From positions 1,149 through 65,148 of the forward strand of contig JBEKXC010000001.1 of assembly GCA_049512435.1 (NCBI GenBank): 64,000 bases of DNA. The letters run 5' to 3'. The notes below the pieces were generated by a model, which saw only the letters and a list, made by a program, of their open reading frames with translations, was not told where the DNA came from and did not search any database. Each line of letters opens with the position of its first letter. Positions within the stretch are counted from its first letter, which is position 1. A program made the position numbers and the translations under genes. The stretch comes from Terriglobales bacterium (GTDB lineage Bacteria; Acidobacteriota; Terriglobia; Terriglobales; Acidobacteriaceae). Shown here piece after piece: positions 27,892-36,769 of this stretch.

Positions 27892-28236
27892 TCACTTGTC
27901 AATCAGGCAGTACGCCCCAACCATCTCGGCGGCTTCTGGTTTGTCTTGGTCGCCTCGATAGATCTCAACGTTTTTGCAATCGTACAGCCCATAGTTCTTG
28001 GGCAGTTCAACCATCAGGTAGCTACCGCTCGGCAGAGTCTTGCAACTGCCAGCTCCCTCGTTGCACTGCAGTTCAAGAGAGTTCCCACCCTTCTGGATGT
28101 GAACGATGACAACCCCCGTGACAACCTCCGAGCTTTTCACCCTGACCGGCGTTTTGTCCTGCGCGAAAGCTTGTGCGCTAGCCAGGATGATGAAAGCCGC
28201 CGTCAATACGGTAAATAGAAAAACGGCCCTTTTCAT
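27892..28236 (-). CDS. small secreted protein
   Basis: ATG 28236 after the SD GGGAGG. Signal peptide MKRAVFLFTVLTAAFIILASAQAFA. 4 Cys. Function unknown. Confidence 0.6.
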   Translation of the reverse strand: MKRAVFLFTVLTAAFIILASAQAFAQDKTPVRVKSSEVVTGVVIVHIQKGGNSLELQCNEGAGSCKTLPSGSYLMVELPKNYGLYDCKNVEIYRGDQDKPEAAEMVGAYCLIDK

Positions 28237-28326
28237 AACTGCCTCCCACAATACGAAGGCTCTTCAAGCCCATTTATATTGTCCGACTTGGGGCGGCCTT
28301 CTGTCTGTGATTTCCGACCGCCGGCA

Positions 28327-28343
28327 TGTGATCTCTGATCACA
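28327..28343. promoter_or_regulatory. perfect 7-3-7 palindrome, candidate Crp/Fnr-type operator
   Basis: TGTGATC-TCT-GATCACA, about 150 nt upstream of the COG2403/OTC/CK cluster. It contains the TGTGA...TCACA half-sites but with 7-nt rather than 6-nt spacing. Confidence 0.35.
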
Positions 28344-28494
28344 AGCAGAAGTACTGGGCCCTGCCGACCTCCTGCGGTTCAAAGGGGGCCATGATTGCGC
28401 CAAAAAGTCACCCTTGCTTGTGACGAACGGTACAGCCGCCGCAGCTGCTACGCGCGAAAATAGAAGGTAAACGATCTTCACTGGAGGTGTACCT

Positions 28495-29832
28495 ATGAAG
28501 AAAGTTTTGATTCTTGGGGCCGCAGGCCGAGACTTCCATAACTTTAATGTCCAGTTTCGTAATAATCCCAACTACGAAGTAGTCGCATTCACTGCCACTC
28601 AAATTCCCGACATTGCCGGCCGCCGTTATCCGCCGGAGCTTGCCGGCCGCTTGTATCCGCAAGGCATTCCTATCTTCGAAGAAAAAGATCTGGAGAAACT
28701 GATCGCCGAATACGAGATCGACGCGGTCGTGTTTTCCTACAGCGATGTTTCTCACCAGAACCTCATGCATCTCGGCTCCCGCGCAGTGGCTGCGGACGCG
28801 GATTTCTGGCTTCTGGGAACCGCGCACACTCAGCTCAAGTCGTCGGTTCCGGTCATTTCCGTGTGCGCGGTGCGAACCGGATGCGGCAAGAGTCCGGTGT
28901 CGCGCCTGGTCGCGGGAGAGTTGCGCCGCCAGGGTCGAAGGCCAGTGGTTATTCGACATCCCATGCCCTATGGAGATCTTGCGGCGCAGGCTGTTCAACG
29001 ATTCGCCACCATGGAGGATCTCGACCTTCAGCAATGCACCATCGAAGAACGCGAGGAATATGAACCGCACATTCGCCAAGGGACCGTGGTGTATGCAGGA
29101 GTGGACTACGAAAAAATTCTCCGCCAGGCGGAGAAGGAGGCCGATGTCATTTTGTGGGACGGCGGCAACAACGACACTTCCTTCTATGTCTCCGACCTGG
29201 AAATCGTCGTCGCGGATCCGCACCGTCCCGGGCATGAACTGTCCTACTTCCCCGGCGAAGTCAATCTGCGGCGCGCGGATGTGATCGTCATCAATAAGGT
29301 CGACACCGCCGAGCAGCGCGACATTGAGACGGTTCGCCAAAACATCAAGCTCCACAACCCCAAGGCAATTGTTTTTGAGATGGCCTGCCGAGTCTCCGTT
29401 TCCGAACCGTATCTGGTGAAGGGACAGCGCGTCCTGGTGGTGGAGGACGGTCCCACACTCACTCACGGCGAGATGCCCTATGGCGCCGGTGTGGTCGCGG
29501 CGCGGCAGTGTGGGGCGGCGGAATTGGTGGACGCCCGGCCTTATGCCGTGGGATCCATCCGCGGCACCTACGAGCGTTATCCGCACCTGACGAATCTTTT
29601 GCCCGCCATGGGTTACAGCGCTATCCAGAGGCATGAACTGGAGGAAACCATCCGCCGCACCCCGTGCGATCTCGTCTTGATCGCCACTCCCATTGACCTC
29701 GCGCGGGTAATCAAAATCGATAGGCCTAATCTTCGCGTGACCTATGAAGTCGAAGAACTCACCAAGCCCGGCTTGGCCGAAATGCTTGCCAAGTTCACGC
29801 ACGAGCACGAGCCAGCCCTGGCAGGAGTCTGA
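28495..29832 (+). CDS. COG2403-type GTPase-like protein (cyclic 2,3-diphosphoglycerate synthetase family)
   Basis: 445 aa. SD GGAGGTG. MKKVLILGAAGRDFHNFN N-terminus, P-loop-like VCAVRTGCGKS, and NKVD-like VINKVD. As far as I recall, this family is often found beside OTC/carbamate kinase genes. Confidence 0.75.
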   Translation: MKKVLILGAAGRDFHNFNVQFRNNPNYEVVAFTATQIPDIAGRRYPPELAGRLYPQGIPIFEEKDLEKLIAEYEIDAVVFSYSDVSHQNLMHLGSRAVAADADFWLLGTAHTQLKSSVPVISVCAVRTGCGKSPVSRLVAGELRRQGRRPVVIRHPMPYGDLAAQAVQRFATMEDLDLQQCTIEEREEYEPHIRQGTVVYAGVDYEKILRQAEKEADVILWDGGNNDTSFYVSDLEIVVADPHRPGHELSYFPGEVNLRRADVIVINKVDTAEQRDIETVRQNIKLHNPKAIVFEMACRVSVSEPYLVKGQRVLVVEDGPTLTHGEMPYGAGVVAARQCGAAELVDARPYAVGSIRGTYERYPHLTNLLPAMGYSAIQRHELEETIRRTPCDLVLIATPIDLARVIKIDRPNLRVTYEVEELTKPGLAEMLAKFTHEHEPALAGV

Positions 29833-29846
29833 ACAGGAGTCGAAAA

Positions 29847-30836
29847 ATGAATGTCAACGGCAATGCCAGTTATAAAGACTTTCTCTCGATTCGAGATTTC
29901 TCGCCCTCCGACATCCAGTACCTGCTCACTCTAGGCCGTCAAGTCAAGTCTCACCCGAGCGCCTATAGCGGAGCACTCCGAGGCGAGACTCTGGCCATGA
30001 TCTTCGAGAAACCTTCTCTGCGCACCCGGGTAACTTTCGATGTCGGCATCCACCAACTGGGTGGTTTCTCGCTCTACCTTTCGCCGGCGGAGATCAATCT
30101 GGGTAAGCGCGAGTCGGTGTACGACGTGGCGAAGAACCTCGAGCGCATGGTGCAAGGCATCATGATCCGCACCTTCTGCCATGAAGTAGTTGAGCAGATG
30201 GCTCGCTACACCAGTGTTCCCGTCATCAATGGACTCACCGACTACAGTCATCCCTGCCAGGCGATGGCCGATTACCTCACCATCTGGGAGGCGAAAGGCA
30301 ATTTGGATGGTTTGAAGATCGCATTTATAGGCGATGGCAATAATGTCGCACGCTCACTGCTGTTTGCCGGAGCCCAATTAGGCGCGCATGTCTGGGTGGC
30401 TACGCCTCCGGGATACGAACTCGACGAGGACGCGGTGGAGTGGGCCCGCGAGCGTGGCGACGAGACGGGTGGCACTTGCACCGTGACCAATGATCCCGAT
30501 GAAGCAGCTTTAGGCGCTGACGTGATTTACACCGATGTCTGGGCCAGCATGGGAAAAGAGGCGGAGGCAGAGAGCCGGAAGCATATCTTCCTGCCTTACC
30601 AGGTCGATGCGACTCTTTTCCGCCGGGCCCGTCGAGATGCCATCTTTCTGCATTGCCTGCCCGCACACCGCGGCGAAGAAGTTACCAACGATGTCATCGA
30701 CTCGCCACGCTCGCTGGTATTTCACCAGGCGGAGAACCGGCTGCACTCACAAAAAGCGATCATGCTCGAATTGATGAAAGGTGAGTTCGTCAAATTGCCG
30801 CGACTCGTCGAGTTACAGGAGTTGGCGCATATATAA
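29847..30836 (+). CDS. argF: ornithine carbamoyltransferase
   Basis: FEKPSLRTRVTF (STRTR-type carbamoyl-phosphate site), HPCQAMAD, DVWASMG (ornithine-binding SMG loop), HCLPAHRGEEV. Confidence 0.9.
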   Translation: MNVNGNASYKDFLSIRDFSPSDIQYLLTLGRQVKSHPSAYSGALRGETLAMIFEKPSLRTRVTFDVGIHQLGGFSLYLSPAEINLGKRESVYDVAKNLERMVQGIMIRTFCHEVVEQMARYTSVPVINGLTDYSHPCQAMADYLTIWEAKGNLDGLKIAFIGDGNNVARSLLFAGAQLGAHVWVATPPGYELDEDAVEWARERGDETGGTCTVTNDPDEAALGADVIYTDVWASMGKEAEAESRKHIFLPYQVDATLFRRARRDAIFLHCLPAHRGEEVTNDVIDSPRSLVFHQAENRLHSQKAIMLELMKGEFVKLPRLVELQELAHI

Positions 30837-30888
30837 GTGGAGGGAAAGGCGGGGACGCCCGACGCTTCACAGGCTGGGCGGGAATGCC

Positions 30889-31929
30889 ATGAAGACCATG
30901 CTTCTTGCCGTGGGCGGAAACTCCCTGATTCGCGCGGGAGAAAAGGGAACTATCGCCGAGCAACGGGCAAACGCCCAGCGCACCGCGGCCCAGATCGTCG
31001 GCCTGATCCGTGCCGGTTACCGGATCGTGCTCACGCATGGCAATGGCCCGCAAGTTGGGGCGGCGCTTCTGCGCTCGGAACGGGGAGCGAGCCAGGTACC
31101 CGGGCTCCCGCTGGACGTTTGTGGCGCTTCTACCCAGGGTGAGATCGGATATCTTCTCCAGCAATCGTTGCAAACCGAGCTACAACTGGCCGGCCTGCAC
31201 GTGCCGGTCGCGACCGTTCTAACGCAGTGCCTGGTGTCGCCAGATGATCCCGCTATGAAGTGTCCCAGCAAACCAATCGGTCCCTTCTATTCACGCGCCG
31301 ACGCCGAAGAACGCCGACGCCTTCTCGGATGGGAGATCGTGGAGGATGCCGCCCGCGGATATCGCCGCGTGGTTCCATCGCCCGACCCGGTTGGCATTGT
31401 TGAACTGGAGGTCATTCGAAATTTGTTCGGGCACGGCGTGCTGGTCATCGCCTGCGGAGGCGGAGGAATTCCTGTCGTCTGGGGGGCCGGAAAACTGCAA
31501 GGCGTCGAGGCTGTCATCGACAAGGATCGCATCTCCGCATGGCTGGCCCTACGCCTCGGCATAGATCTATTTGTTATTTCTACCGACACCGGCTACGTTT
31601 ACTTGGACTACAAGAAACCGAACCAACGTCCGCTGCGGCACGTCAACGCCGCAGAGTTAGACAAGTTCGCAAGGGCTGGCCATTTCCCGCCCGGAAACAT
31701 GGGCCCCAAAATCGAATCCGTGTTGCGCTTTCTGCGCCAGGGCGGCAGCGAAGCCATCATTACTTCTTGCAAGAATCTGTGCCAGGCAGTCGCCGGATCC
31801 ACCGGCACACACATGTTCACCGATCACGACCGTGCGGAATTCGAACCCAACGCTGATCTCGAAAACACTGATCTCAAAAAAAATGATCTCGAAAACAAGG
31901 GCCTCGAATTCCCGGTGGGAGGACGCTAA
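30889..31929 (+). CDS. arcC: carbamate kinase
   Basis: Start at MKTMLLAVGGNSL. THGNGPQVG, GEIGYLL and IACGGGGIPV are carbamate kinase motifs. It carries an unusual ~35-aa repeat tail. Confidence 0.9.
   Translation: MKTMLLAVGGNSLIRAGEKGTIAEQRANAQRTAAQIVGLIRAGYRIVLTHGNGPQVGAALLRSERGASQVPGLPLDVCGASTQGEIGYLLQQSLQTELQLAGLHVPVATVLTQCLVSPDDPAMKCPSKPIGPFYSRADAEERRRLLGWEIVEDAARGYRRVVPSPDPVGIVELEVIRNLFGHGVLVIACGGGGIPVVWGAGKLQGVEAVIDKDRISAWLALRLGIDLFVISTDTGYVYLDYKKPNQRPLRHVNAAELDKFARAGHFPPGNMGPKIESVLRFLRQGGSEAIITSCKNLCQAVAGSTGTHMFTDHDRAEFEPNADLENTDLKKNDLENKGLEFPVGGR
31855..31914 (+). repeat. 15-bp in-frame tandem repeat (about 4 units) at the carbamate kinase 3' end
   Basis: GATCTCGAAAACACT / GATCTCAAAAAAAAT / GATCTCGAAAACAAG / GGCCTCGAATTCCCG, encoding DLENT DLKKN DLENK GLEFP. 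Confidence 0.7.
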
Positions 31930-32936
31930 TGCCACAGCCGACTATCATTCCTTTCAAGCCAATCCAGCCCCGGGCTTCGAAATCGGCGCTACGAGGTGGA
32001 ATGCCAGTGAAACATGTTATCGAGTCCCAGCAATTCACCGTTCCTTTGCTCATGGAATTGTTCGAACGCTCGCAAGGAATGGAGCGCGTGGTGGCGCGCG
32101 GAGGCTCTCTTGACTATCAGAACCGCATCATGACCACGCTCTTTTATGCGCCCTCGACCCGCACTCGACTCTCGTTCGAAGCCGCTATGCATCGCCTCGG
32201 CGGAAGGGTCCTGTCCACCGAGCACGCGGGCGCGTTTTCGTCCGAGATCGAAGGTGAGCAGGTGGAGGATTCCATCCGGATCATCAGCGGCTATTCGGAT
32301 GTGATCGTCATCCGGCACTCCGATGAGGACGGCGCGCGACGAGCGGCGGAAGTCTCGGCCGTGCCAGTGATCAATGCCGGAGATGGCAATGGCGGCCAGC
32401 ATCCGACCCAGGCCTTGCTCGACCTGTACACTATTTTCAGGCAGCGACCGCTCGATGGCCTAAGCGTGGCCATCATTGGCGAGTTGGATAAGGGCCGCAC
32501 AGCGCGGTCGCTCGCCTATCTGCTGGCCAAGTTTGATCGGATAAAGATGTACTTCGTCAGCCCGCCACAACTCCAGATGAAGCCGGATATCCTGGCCTAT
32601 CTGGATGAGCACGGCGTTCGCTACGAATTGGAGTCCGACATAAACCGGGTGATTGGCGAAGTGGATGTGGTTTACCAGACCCGAATCCGACCCGAACGAG
32701 TGCGAGACGTGAACGGTCTCGAGCGTTATGCCATCGATTCGAAAGTCGTGCAGCGCATGAAGCCGGACGCGCTCATCCTTCATCCGTTGCCCCGCACGGT
32801 CGAGCTAGATAAGTCAGTCGATACCGACCCGAGAGCCATGTATTTTCGCCAGGCCATGAATGGACTCTATGTGCGGATGGCGCTGTTAACTATGCTGTTG
32901 GATAAGGAGCCGGCGGCGGGGAGTGCCTGGTGGTAA
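31929..32936 (+). CDS. aspartate-carbamoyltransferase-fold transcarbamylase, atypical
   Basis: STRTRLSFE, IRHS, GQHPTQALLD, GRTARS and HPLPR are ATCase-type motifs, and there is no OTC-type SMG or HCLP. The start overlaps the carbamate kinase stop (TAATG). An alternative start MPVKHVI lies at 32001. The equivalents of E. coli Lys84 and Gln231 are not conserved (see findings). Confidence 0.8.
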   Translation: MPQPTIIPFKPIQPRASKSALRGGMPVKHVIESQQFTVPLLMELFERSQGMERVVARGGSLDYQNRIMTTLFYAPSTRTRLSFEAAMHRLGGRVLSTEHAGAFSSEIEGEQVEDSIRIISGYSDVIVIRHSDEDGARRAAEVSAVPVINAGDGNGGQHPTQALLDLYTIFRQRPLDGLSVAIIGELDKGRTARSLAYLLAKFDRIKMYFVSPPQLQMKPDILAYLDEHGVRYELESDINRVIGEVDVVYQTRIRPERVRDVNGLERYAIDSKVVQRMKPDALILHPLPRTVELDKSVDTDPRAMYFRQAMNGLYVRMALLTMLLDKEPAAGSAWW

Positions 32937-32990
32937 GGAACTGAATACCGTGACCGTGTGATGGGCTACACGAATTCGTGAAAGGAACGT

Positions 32991-34211
32991 ATGTCAACCG
33001 AACTAATAGATAAATCCACGCGCACCGATTACTTCGTCGAGCTCGAAAACCTGTATGGAGCTCATAACTACAATCCGCTCGAGGTAGTAATCGAACGTGC
33101 GGAAGGCGTGTGGGTGTATGACGCCGAGGGCAAACGTTACCTCGATTGCCTGGCGGCGTATTCCGCGGTAAATCAAGGACACTGTCATCCCAAAATTCTG
33201 CAAACGATGACCGAGCAGGCCCGGAAGGTAACTCTAACCTCGCGCGCCTTCCGTAATGAGCAACTCCCGCTGCTCTGCAAAGAACTCCACGACCTGACCG
33301 GCTTCGACATGGTGCTTCCCATGAACTCCGGCGCCGAGGCCGTCGAAACGGCGATCAAGACGGCGCGCAAGTGGGGCTACAAGATCAAGGGCATACCAGA
33401 GGACAAAGCTGAGATCATCGTCTGCGCCAATAATTTTCATGGCCGCACCGTCACTATCGTCGGCTTCTCCACCGACGAACAGTATCGCGACGGCTTCGGC
33501 CCGTTCACTCCCGGATTCAAAGTCATTCCCTTTGGCGATGCTCGCGCCCTCCGCGAAGCCATCACTCCCAACACTTGCGCCTTTCTGGTCGAGCCCATTC
33601 AGGGCGAGGCCGGAGTCGTCATTCCACCCGAGGGATTTCTGCGCGAAGCGGCGGAAATCTGCCACCAGAATCGCGTGCTGCTGATGGTGGACGAAATTCA
33701 GTCGGGTCTGGGACGAACCGGTAAGCTCTTCGCCTACATGCACGAAGGAATCACACCCGATGTGTTGATCATTGGCAAAGCACTAGCTGGAGGCTTCTAT
33801 CCGGTTTCGGCGATACTCGCGTCGCGAGAGATTCTTGGCGTGTACAAACCCGGCGACCACGGCAGCACCTTCGGAGGCAATCCCATGGGCTGCGCCATCG
33901 CGCGAACTGCGTTGCGCGTCCTCATCGAAGAGAAAATGGTGGAACGTTCGGCCGAACTAGGCGCCTATTTCCTGACCCTGCTGCAGACGCTGCGCAGCTC
34001 CAAATTGAAAGAGGTGCGCGGTAAAGGCTTGTGGATCGGCATCGAACTCCACAGTTTCGCGCGTCCTTACTGCGAAGCACTCAAGGATGAAGGACTCCTG
34101 TGTAAGGAAACGCATGATCGAGTAATTCGCGTCGCGCCGCCACTCATCATCAGCCGTCAGGAAATTGACTGGGCCTTTGAGCGAATCACCAAAGTGATTC
34201 AGAATCATTGA
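32991..34211 (+). CDS. rocD: ornithine--oxo-acid aminotransferase
   Basis: [60 protein letters not shown] and the PLP Lys in IIGKALAGG are typical class-III OAT motifs. Confidence 0.88.
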   Translation: MSTELIDKSTRTDYFVELENLYGAHNYNPLEVVIERAEGVWVYDAEGKRYLDCLAAYSAVNQGHCHPKILQTMTEQARKVTLTSRAFRNEQLPLLCKELHDLTGFDMVLPMNSGAEAVETAIKTARKWGYKIKGIPEDKAEIIVCANNFHGRTVTIVGFSTDEQYRDGFGPFTPGFKVIPFGDARALREAITPNTCAFLVEPIQGEAGVVIPPEGFLREAAEICHQNRVLLMVDEIQSGLGRTGKLFAYMHEGITPDVLIIGKALAGGFYPVSAILASREILGVYKPGDHGSTFGGNPMGCAIARTALRVLIEEKMVERSAELGAYFLTLLQTLRSSKLKEVRGKGLWIGIELHSFARPYCEALKDEGLLCKETHDRVIRVAPPLIISRQEIDWAFERITKVIQNH

Positions 34212-34296
34212 GCAGGAAGTTGCGAAGAGTCGGGAATCTCGTCACTGCCTCCATAACAAGAAGGAATTATCAATACTAATGTCACGATAGCTTCCA

Positions 34297-34333
34297 TAAA
34301 AAGAGCAGTGAGACGTTTGCGCGCCTCACTGCT
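34297..34333 (-). terminator. rho-independent terminator of the FecR-domain gene
   Basis: The minus strand reads AGCAGTGAG-gcgcgcaaacgt-CTCACTGCT followed by CTTTTTAT, about 54 nt after the stop at 34387. Confidence 0.65.
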
Positions 34334-34386
34334 GGAAGAGTGTTGCTATGCTGTGTTACTGCGCTGGGAAAGAATCCAGCGCAATG

Positions 34387-36564
34387 TTACCGCCCATGTC
34401 CGCCGCCGTGCGATCCCCCGCCGCCGTGTGAAGATCCGCCGCCGTGCGAGGATCCGCCACCGTGGCTGCTCGGCGCCGAATGGCCGCCGCCGTAGCTCGG
34501 AGCAGAACGCCCGCCGTAACTTGGCGCTGAGCGTCCGCCGCCATAAGAGCGCGGCACAACGATCGGCTGCCTCATATTAAGTGGCGGACGAGAAGATCCG
34601 CCGTAGCCGCGTGAACCGTATCCACGGCCTTCCGATGCCGAACCGGATGAAGAGCCATACGAACCGCGGTTTTCGTTGCGGCCGGCCGATTCACCCGTCC
34701 TGCCGGATCCACCCGTCCTGGCTGATTCAGACCTAGTCGATTCAGATCTGGTTGATTCCGAAGATGAGCGCGCCGGCATCGGCGAGAATTTCTGCCAGCC
34801 ACCGTTGCCGCTGCTACCTTCGCGAGCCGAGGTCGAGCCTCCCGAGTTGCCCGGCCTCGCGACCTCGCGGCCGCTTCCCATCGATCTGCCATTCGACGCG
34901 CTTGCCGTAGTGCTTCGGGTCGAAAAGAAGTGCTGATTCTGTGACACGTTCCGAGTCGTCGAGGCAGCCGCCGCGCGTCCGCTAGCCGAGAAGCTTTCGC
35001 GGCTCGGACTCACGGCCAATCTGCCGGTAGTGAAACGCGCATTCTGGAACTGAGCGTGAGTCATCGGCCGAGCACTCATGTGCCCGGTGCCAAACTCTTT
35101 GCCCGAGACGGTAGTCCCGCCGCGGAAGTTCGCGTCATGCATCGCCAAGTTCACGTTCGAGAACCGTGAACCGGCGCGCAGCGGAGCAAATCCGCCGTGG
35201 TTGTACTCGCCGAATCGGGCGTAGCCGAAGCCGCCGCCCCAACGGCCCCACCACGGATGGAAAAAGTCACCCGGTCCAAGCGGAAGCCATCCGATCGACC
35301 CGAATCCAAAGCCGAATCCGAAGCCAAAACCACCGCCGAATCCCAAGAATGAAACATAGGCCGGCGCCCAGATAGGACGGTAGAACGGATATCCATAAGC
35401 TGGACCAGGCCACCAACCCCAACCGCCGCCAACATACATCCAACGCCCGTAGTGATATGGAGCCCAGCCCCACGGATCATAAGAAACCCAGGTCCAGCCC
35501 CAATAAGGTTCATACACCCAGCGCCCGGCCCGGTAAGGAGCCCAACCCACGCCCACCGTTGGCCGCCACACCGGACCGTAATCCGGAACGTCCGTCCAAG
35601 TGCCGTAAGCATCGAGATCTTCCGTTCCAACGTAATAGTCGTTGGTGCGCTTCCGCGACACCGAATTGCGAATCATGTTGTCGCGATCGGAGTTCCACTG
35701 GTCAAAGTCATCCCGAGCCGGAGCTTCGCCAATCTTGTATTGCTCGTCGGTGCCGGTGCCCTGAATGGTGATGAACTGATTTTGTCCGACGCGCGTCCCA
35801 CCTTGCGGAGTCGTAACTTCGACTTCGCCTTTTCGGACCAGCACCTCAGTGTGATCGTCGGCAGTAACCAGAATGCGAAAGCTGGATTCGCGCCGCTCGG
35901 TGCGAATCGCCACATTAGGCGTATCGATTTCCGCGTCCGCATCGCTGTTCCTGAGGACGGTATAGTTAGCCATGCCATGTCCAAGTTGAATCTGGATCTG
36001 CGAGCGCGTGAGCTGCACGAGGTTAGCCTGCGTATGCTCCGCCAGGCGCAGCATGTTGGCATAGTCGAGCTGAACTTCAGTGCGCGCCTTGTCGCCGGTA
36101 GAAACCCGGTCACCCGCAAGCACGGGAGCATTCAGCGCAGCCGCCGACCAATCCTTCGAATCGCCACGCTGCGTCGAGACGTCGCCATGAATCAGGCTGA
36201 TACGCGCCACGCCGTTTTTCTCCTCCGGAGCCGGCGCGTTGGAAGTCGGAGCGCCGGGGCCTGGGTTATCGGGATTTAGGTTATCGGGATTTGGGTTACT
36301 GGAATTTGGATCGTTCGAGCCGGGAACCATCGGACCCTGATTCATCGAACCTCTGTCGTTCGAACCTTGACCCGTCGACTGATCCATTGCATCCTGATCC
36401 GCAGGACCCTGGTCATTCGGACCCGGCATGGGCGCTTGCGCGGGAGCTTGGATGTTCGGCGATGGTTTCGCATCCGGCGCCTGGCCGTCTGGAACTTGGG
36501 CAATGACGGTGCCTGGAATCGCGATCATCAATCCTAGAAGTGCCGCTATTAATTTGAGTTTCAT
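34387..36564 (-). CDS. secreted FecR-domain protein with a Trp-rich repeat core and Gly/Ser/His-rich tail
   Basis: Signal peptide MKLKLIAALLGLMIAIPGTVIAQ. Pentapeptide-periodic N-terminal low complexity. FecR-like beta region (GVARISLIHGDVSTQRGD...). W/Y/G/P-rich core (WAPYRAGRWVYEPYWGWTWVSYDPWGWAPYHYGRWMYVGGGWGWWPGP). The tail ends GGGSSHGGGSSHGGGGSHGGGHGR. Confidence 0.75.
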   Translation of the reverse strand: MKLKLIAALLGLMIAIPGTVIAQVPDGQAPDAKPSPNIQAPAQAPMPGPNDQGPADQDAMDQSTGQGSNDRGSMNQGPMVPGSNDPNSSNPNPDNLNPDNPGPGAPTSNAPAPEEKNGVARISLIHGDVSTQRGDSKDWSAAALNAPVLAGDRVSTGDKARTEVQLDYANMLRLAEHTQANLVQLTRSQIQIQLGHGMANYTVLRNSDADAEIDTPNVAIRTERRESSFRILVTADDHTEVLVRKGEVEVTTPQGGTRVGQNQFITIQGTGTDEQYKIGEAPARDDFDQWNSDRDNMIRNSVSRKRTNDYYVGTEDLDAYGTWTDVPDYGPVWRPTVGVGWAPYRAGRWVYEPYWGWTWVSYDPWGWAPYHYGRWMYVGGGWGWWPGPAYGYPFYRPIWAPAYVSFLGFGGGFGFGFGFGFGSIGWLPLGPGDFFHPWWGRWGGGFGYARFGEYNHGGFAPLRAGSRFSNVNLAMHDANFRGGTTVSGKEFGTGHMSARPMTHAQFQNARFTTGRLAVSPSRESFSASGRAAAASTTRNVSQNQHFFSTRSTTASASNGRSMGSGREVARPGNSGGSTSAREGSSGNGGWQKFSPMPARSSSESTRSESTRSESARTGGSGRTGESAGRNENRGSYGSSSGSASEGRGYGSRGYGGSSRPPLNMRQPIVVPRSYGGGRSAPSYGGRSAPSYGGGHSAPSSHGGGSSHGGGSSHGGGGSHGGGHGR
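36264..36308. repeat. 15-bp tandem repeat (3 clear units, degenerating further) inside the FecR-domain gene
   Basis: GGTTATCGGGATTTA / GGTTATCGGGATTTG / GGTTACTGGAATTTG, encoding ..NPNPDNLNPDNP.. on the minus strand. Confidence 0.7.
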
Positions 36565-36769
36565 GAATACCTCATCTCATTCGGAACAAAGTTATGCCCA
36601 AGATAATGCAGGCCGAGTGCCAATGTCGGAAGCTGGGCGGTGATTTTATCTAACTGCTTAATTTTTAATTAGTTATGAGAAACACAGCAGCGAGGACAGT
36701 AAGCGATCAAAGGGGCTCCGATGGCCCGGTTCCACCAGACTGGTGGTTTTCGGCCAGGGATGAACGCCG

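Noticed and set aside
27879-27899. Heptamer CACTTGT x3 overlapping the stop codon of the small secreted protein gene, considered as a phase-variation switch
   Set aside because: On the coding strand every unit regenerates ..GAC AAG TGA, so gain or loss of units leaves the protein unchanged. With only 3 copies it is too short to call anything more.
28408-29808. 466-aa minus-strand ORF, nearly as long as the gene it overlaps
   Set aside because: It is antisense to the COG2403 gene, which has a good SD, a recognisable N-terminus and operon context. The long open antisense frame is the usual high-GC codon-bias artefact.
36667-36675. TAACTAATT half-site resembling the BlaI-type operator, upstream of the FecR-domain gene
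   Set aside because: The partner half-site is displaced by about 10 nt, so the dyad is not preserved. It sits in AT-rich promoter DNA where chance matches are likely.
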